Assembly (NCBI GenBank): GCA_904063045.1 | Contig: CAJFCJ010000013.1 | Coordinates: 788,156 to 852,155 of the forward strand | From: Dimorphilus gyrociliatus | Taxonomy: Eukaryota > Animalia > Annelida | Length of the DNA: 64,000 bases | Reading direction: 5' to 3' | In this document: one piece after another, positions 61,669 through 64,000 of the stretch | How the letters are laid out: every line of letters begins with the position of its first letter | Numbering within the stretch: the stretch's first letter is position 1 | Translations under genes and position numbers: made by a program | The notes under the pieces: generated by a model | What the model saw: only the letters and a program-made list of their open reading frames with translations | Told to the model about the DNA's origin: nothing | Database searches by the model: none

Positions 61669-63705
61669 GCCGTAAATATATTTTTGAAAAAGTAGCCCGA
61701 GAAAAGGCTTCGATTTCTCATAGTAATATCTATAGTGTAATGAAAAACTAGTTTTTAATCAGCGCCATTTTATGTGGTTATTCCGAAATGATTTTTCAGT
61801 ATTTATTACAAGAACTAATTTTCGGATTATACAAAATTACTAAACGCTATTCAACGTTTCGCTCTTAGTTTGTATTGATAGCGTTAACGAAATCAACAAC
61901 TTAGTCGAACGAATTACAGAATACGAAAGAGTGCGACGAGCTCTCTGGATTTGACAGCTTTTCTCGCCCTACATCTTTATATTATACGACTAAACGAAAT
62001 CTTACTCTATATAAAATGGACAAATAAACTTAAAGCATTGTACTATAAACGCCAGACGCCGCCTCCCTACCTCCCATCAGACGATTATGAAATTATCATT
62101 AAAATCTTGAATGAGTTATATTATCAAAGATTCCAAATGGTCTTGACAATCAGGTAGTTAGACTTCTGAGGGTGGCCTGTTAAAGTAAAGGAAAAATATA
62201 GCTAGTTCCTTAGTCGACGTTTATTAGTAAATCATCAACGAATGTTGATTGAATGACGGTTGTATGAGATAGAGGACTATAAGGGAGGATATGGGAACTT
62301 GCGAAAAATTCAAATTTAAAAATGCTGGCTATTAATTCTATTTATAAAACTCATCAATGTTAGTACACTCTCAGGGCTCTAGAGACCAAAACAGATATAA
62401 TGACACTTCTCTCTCTATCTGCGTTCTAATTAAAACATATTTGATAGGAGATTGGAAATGAGAATCAATTAGAAGAGTCTATCTCAAAAGAGAAACTCCT
62501 AATTTTTCACTTCTCTCGATTATTATCTGAAGATTATATTATCTAAAAATGTGCTAATGCAAAATTCTCTCCCTTCCCTAGGTTGTTTAACCCAAAAAAC
62601 ATAAACATTATTATCTTTAAAAGAAAAGGATAATGTCTTTGTTATATATGATATTCAGTCAATCCTAAATCATGTAAAATTCTTTGATATTGAGTCTTAT
62701 CGACCAGGTATAGCGGAAGAAAATTATAGAGTCGTCTTCTCGTCTAGAAACAGGGTTTCTAACCGCTTTGATCGGAGATTTTAAAATTCGCTACGACTTC
62801 TTGTGACCTCATAACGGGCTGCCGAGTTCATTTGTGGTTTTTATAAAGGGTTCATAAACTCATTGGCCCAATCACATGATTTAGGGTGCAAGCAATATAT
62901 AAAAGCCAATTTAATTCTCTAGGGAATACTGGGCTACCAAGTAGAAGTCATCCAGAAACATCATTGATACTTGTTAGAATCAAAAAATTTTACATAGTAC
63001 ATCTATTAATATGCTACTGCATTTGGTAGGTTTTGACTATTTCAACGTTATGGCGTACAGTTTACTTGCGCAAAGTCCCATTTGCCAGATAGGGCATAAA
63101 TGTTGCTATTATCGGAGGAAGTTATTAATATGGCAGTGCTCTTTAGGAGCGCGAAGACGTTTTTTCTCGAAGATGCTCAGTTAATGTATATTCTTTTTTT
63201 TAAAAATTCTATATTTTTAAGCCAACAAGGAAGAATCAGATCCTAATTTAGATTACTGCCTGTATACTCCTTCAAGTAATTAAATCTTTAAATTTTACTG
63301 TACACTCCACTGGAGATGCGCGTTTTTTTATTAAATAAGTTGAAAATAATTTTCTAATTTTCCTATTTTGTAAAGCTTGTGTAAAATTACGCTTGCAGGG
63401 GCTAAATTTAAAGCCAATAGCTCTTCAGAATAGCTTAGACTTTGGCCTATTGGAATAGTAACTTTGATCATTCTAATAGCATTACTATTTAGACTTATTA
63501 AGAAAATTAAATATTAAATTAGAACGATTTTATATACGATTGTTGCAAATCAAAACAAAGATAAGCATCAAATTCTTATCAGATCTGATAAAGTAACTTC
63601 GTTTAATCCTTTTCCTCAGTTTAAAATACTAAAGTCTAAATGACAATTAGAAAAAAAAAATAAAACAACATACAATATATGAAATATAAACATAAAATTC
63701 TTTGA

Positions 63706-64000
63706 CTAATCAAAATAGCCGCCAGATCCAATAGCTACAGATTCCTCTGATCCAATTGGCATATAGTCGAGAATCCACATTAAGTCGGTAAGAACAACTA
63801 TAAGAAATTGGAAAAAAATTTGCTAAGAATACAACTTTAACGTATTTGAAAAGGATAACAAACGTAATTCTTTCGGCTTTAATGTTGTATAAATTGGTGA
63901 ACAAGTTGAATTACATGGTTCGCGTGGTGTTAATCGAAATTTATTTTCACCCTTTAGTTGCGCAATCCAAACCATAGGCAAATTTATATCGGCTGGCTTA
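63706..64000 (-). CDS. 3' end of an unidentified gene entering from beyond the window; exons >64000-63864 and 63797-63706; possibly a cupin-like/C6orf89-like family
   Basis: An open frame KPADINLPMVWIAQLKGENKFRLTPREPCNSTCSPIYTTLKPKEL joins through a 66-nt phase-1 intron to LVLTDLMWILDYMPIGSEESVAIGSGGYFD-stop. The family label is a weak recollection. Confidence 0.6.

Overview
This is eukaryotic (animal) genomic DNA, not prokaryotic. It is very AT-rich and gene-dense, with mostly 40-75 nt GT-AG introns. That style fits a compact invertebrate genome such as the annelid Dimorphilus, but the species is inference only. The ORF track therefore shows exon fragments, and I joined exons by hand using splice signals and frame. 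Gene models in order: RPL12 (3' part); a p190RhoGAP-family gene that appears to stop before the RhoGAP domain; an orphan acidic protein with DQACGG and EKEAEKVV repeats; BCAT with candidate alternative first exons; a roughly 6 kb multi-exon gene for a secreted Cys-rich (furin-like/CxxC) repeat protein ending in a Ly6/uPAR domain and GPI signal; an intact FLYWCH-MULE transposase-derived gene with a degenerate catalytic site; a selectin-like C-type lectin/mucin/CCP/TM receptor; AKAP1-like (KH+Tudor); NAGS; COQ9; Mondo/MLXIP; a tandem DPP3 pair, of which one copy is intact but has lost both zinc motifs; RFESD; rabphilin; and the 3' end of an unidentified gene at the right edge. Two gene-poor stretches (about 27-32 kb and 57-63.7 kb) carry CTCF-like motifs. 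The most promising leads are the DPP3 pseudo-peptidase, the GAP-less p190, the domesticated MULE gene and the CxxC-repeat/Ly6 surface protein. No database searches were possible; all homology calls come from recognised motifs.
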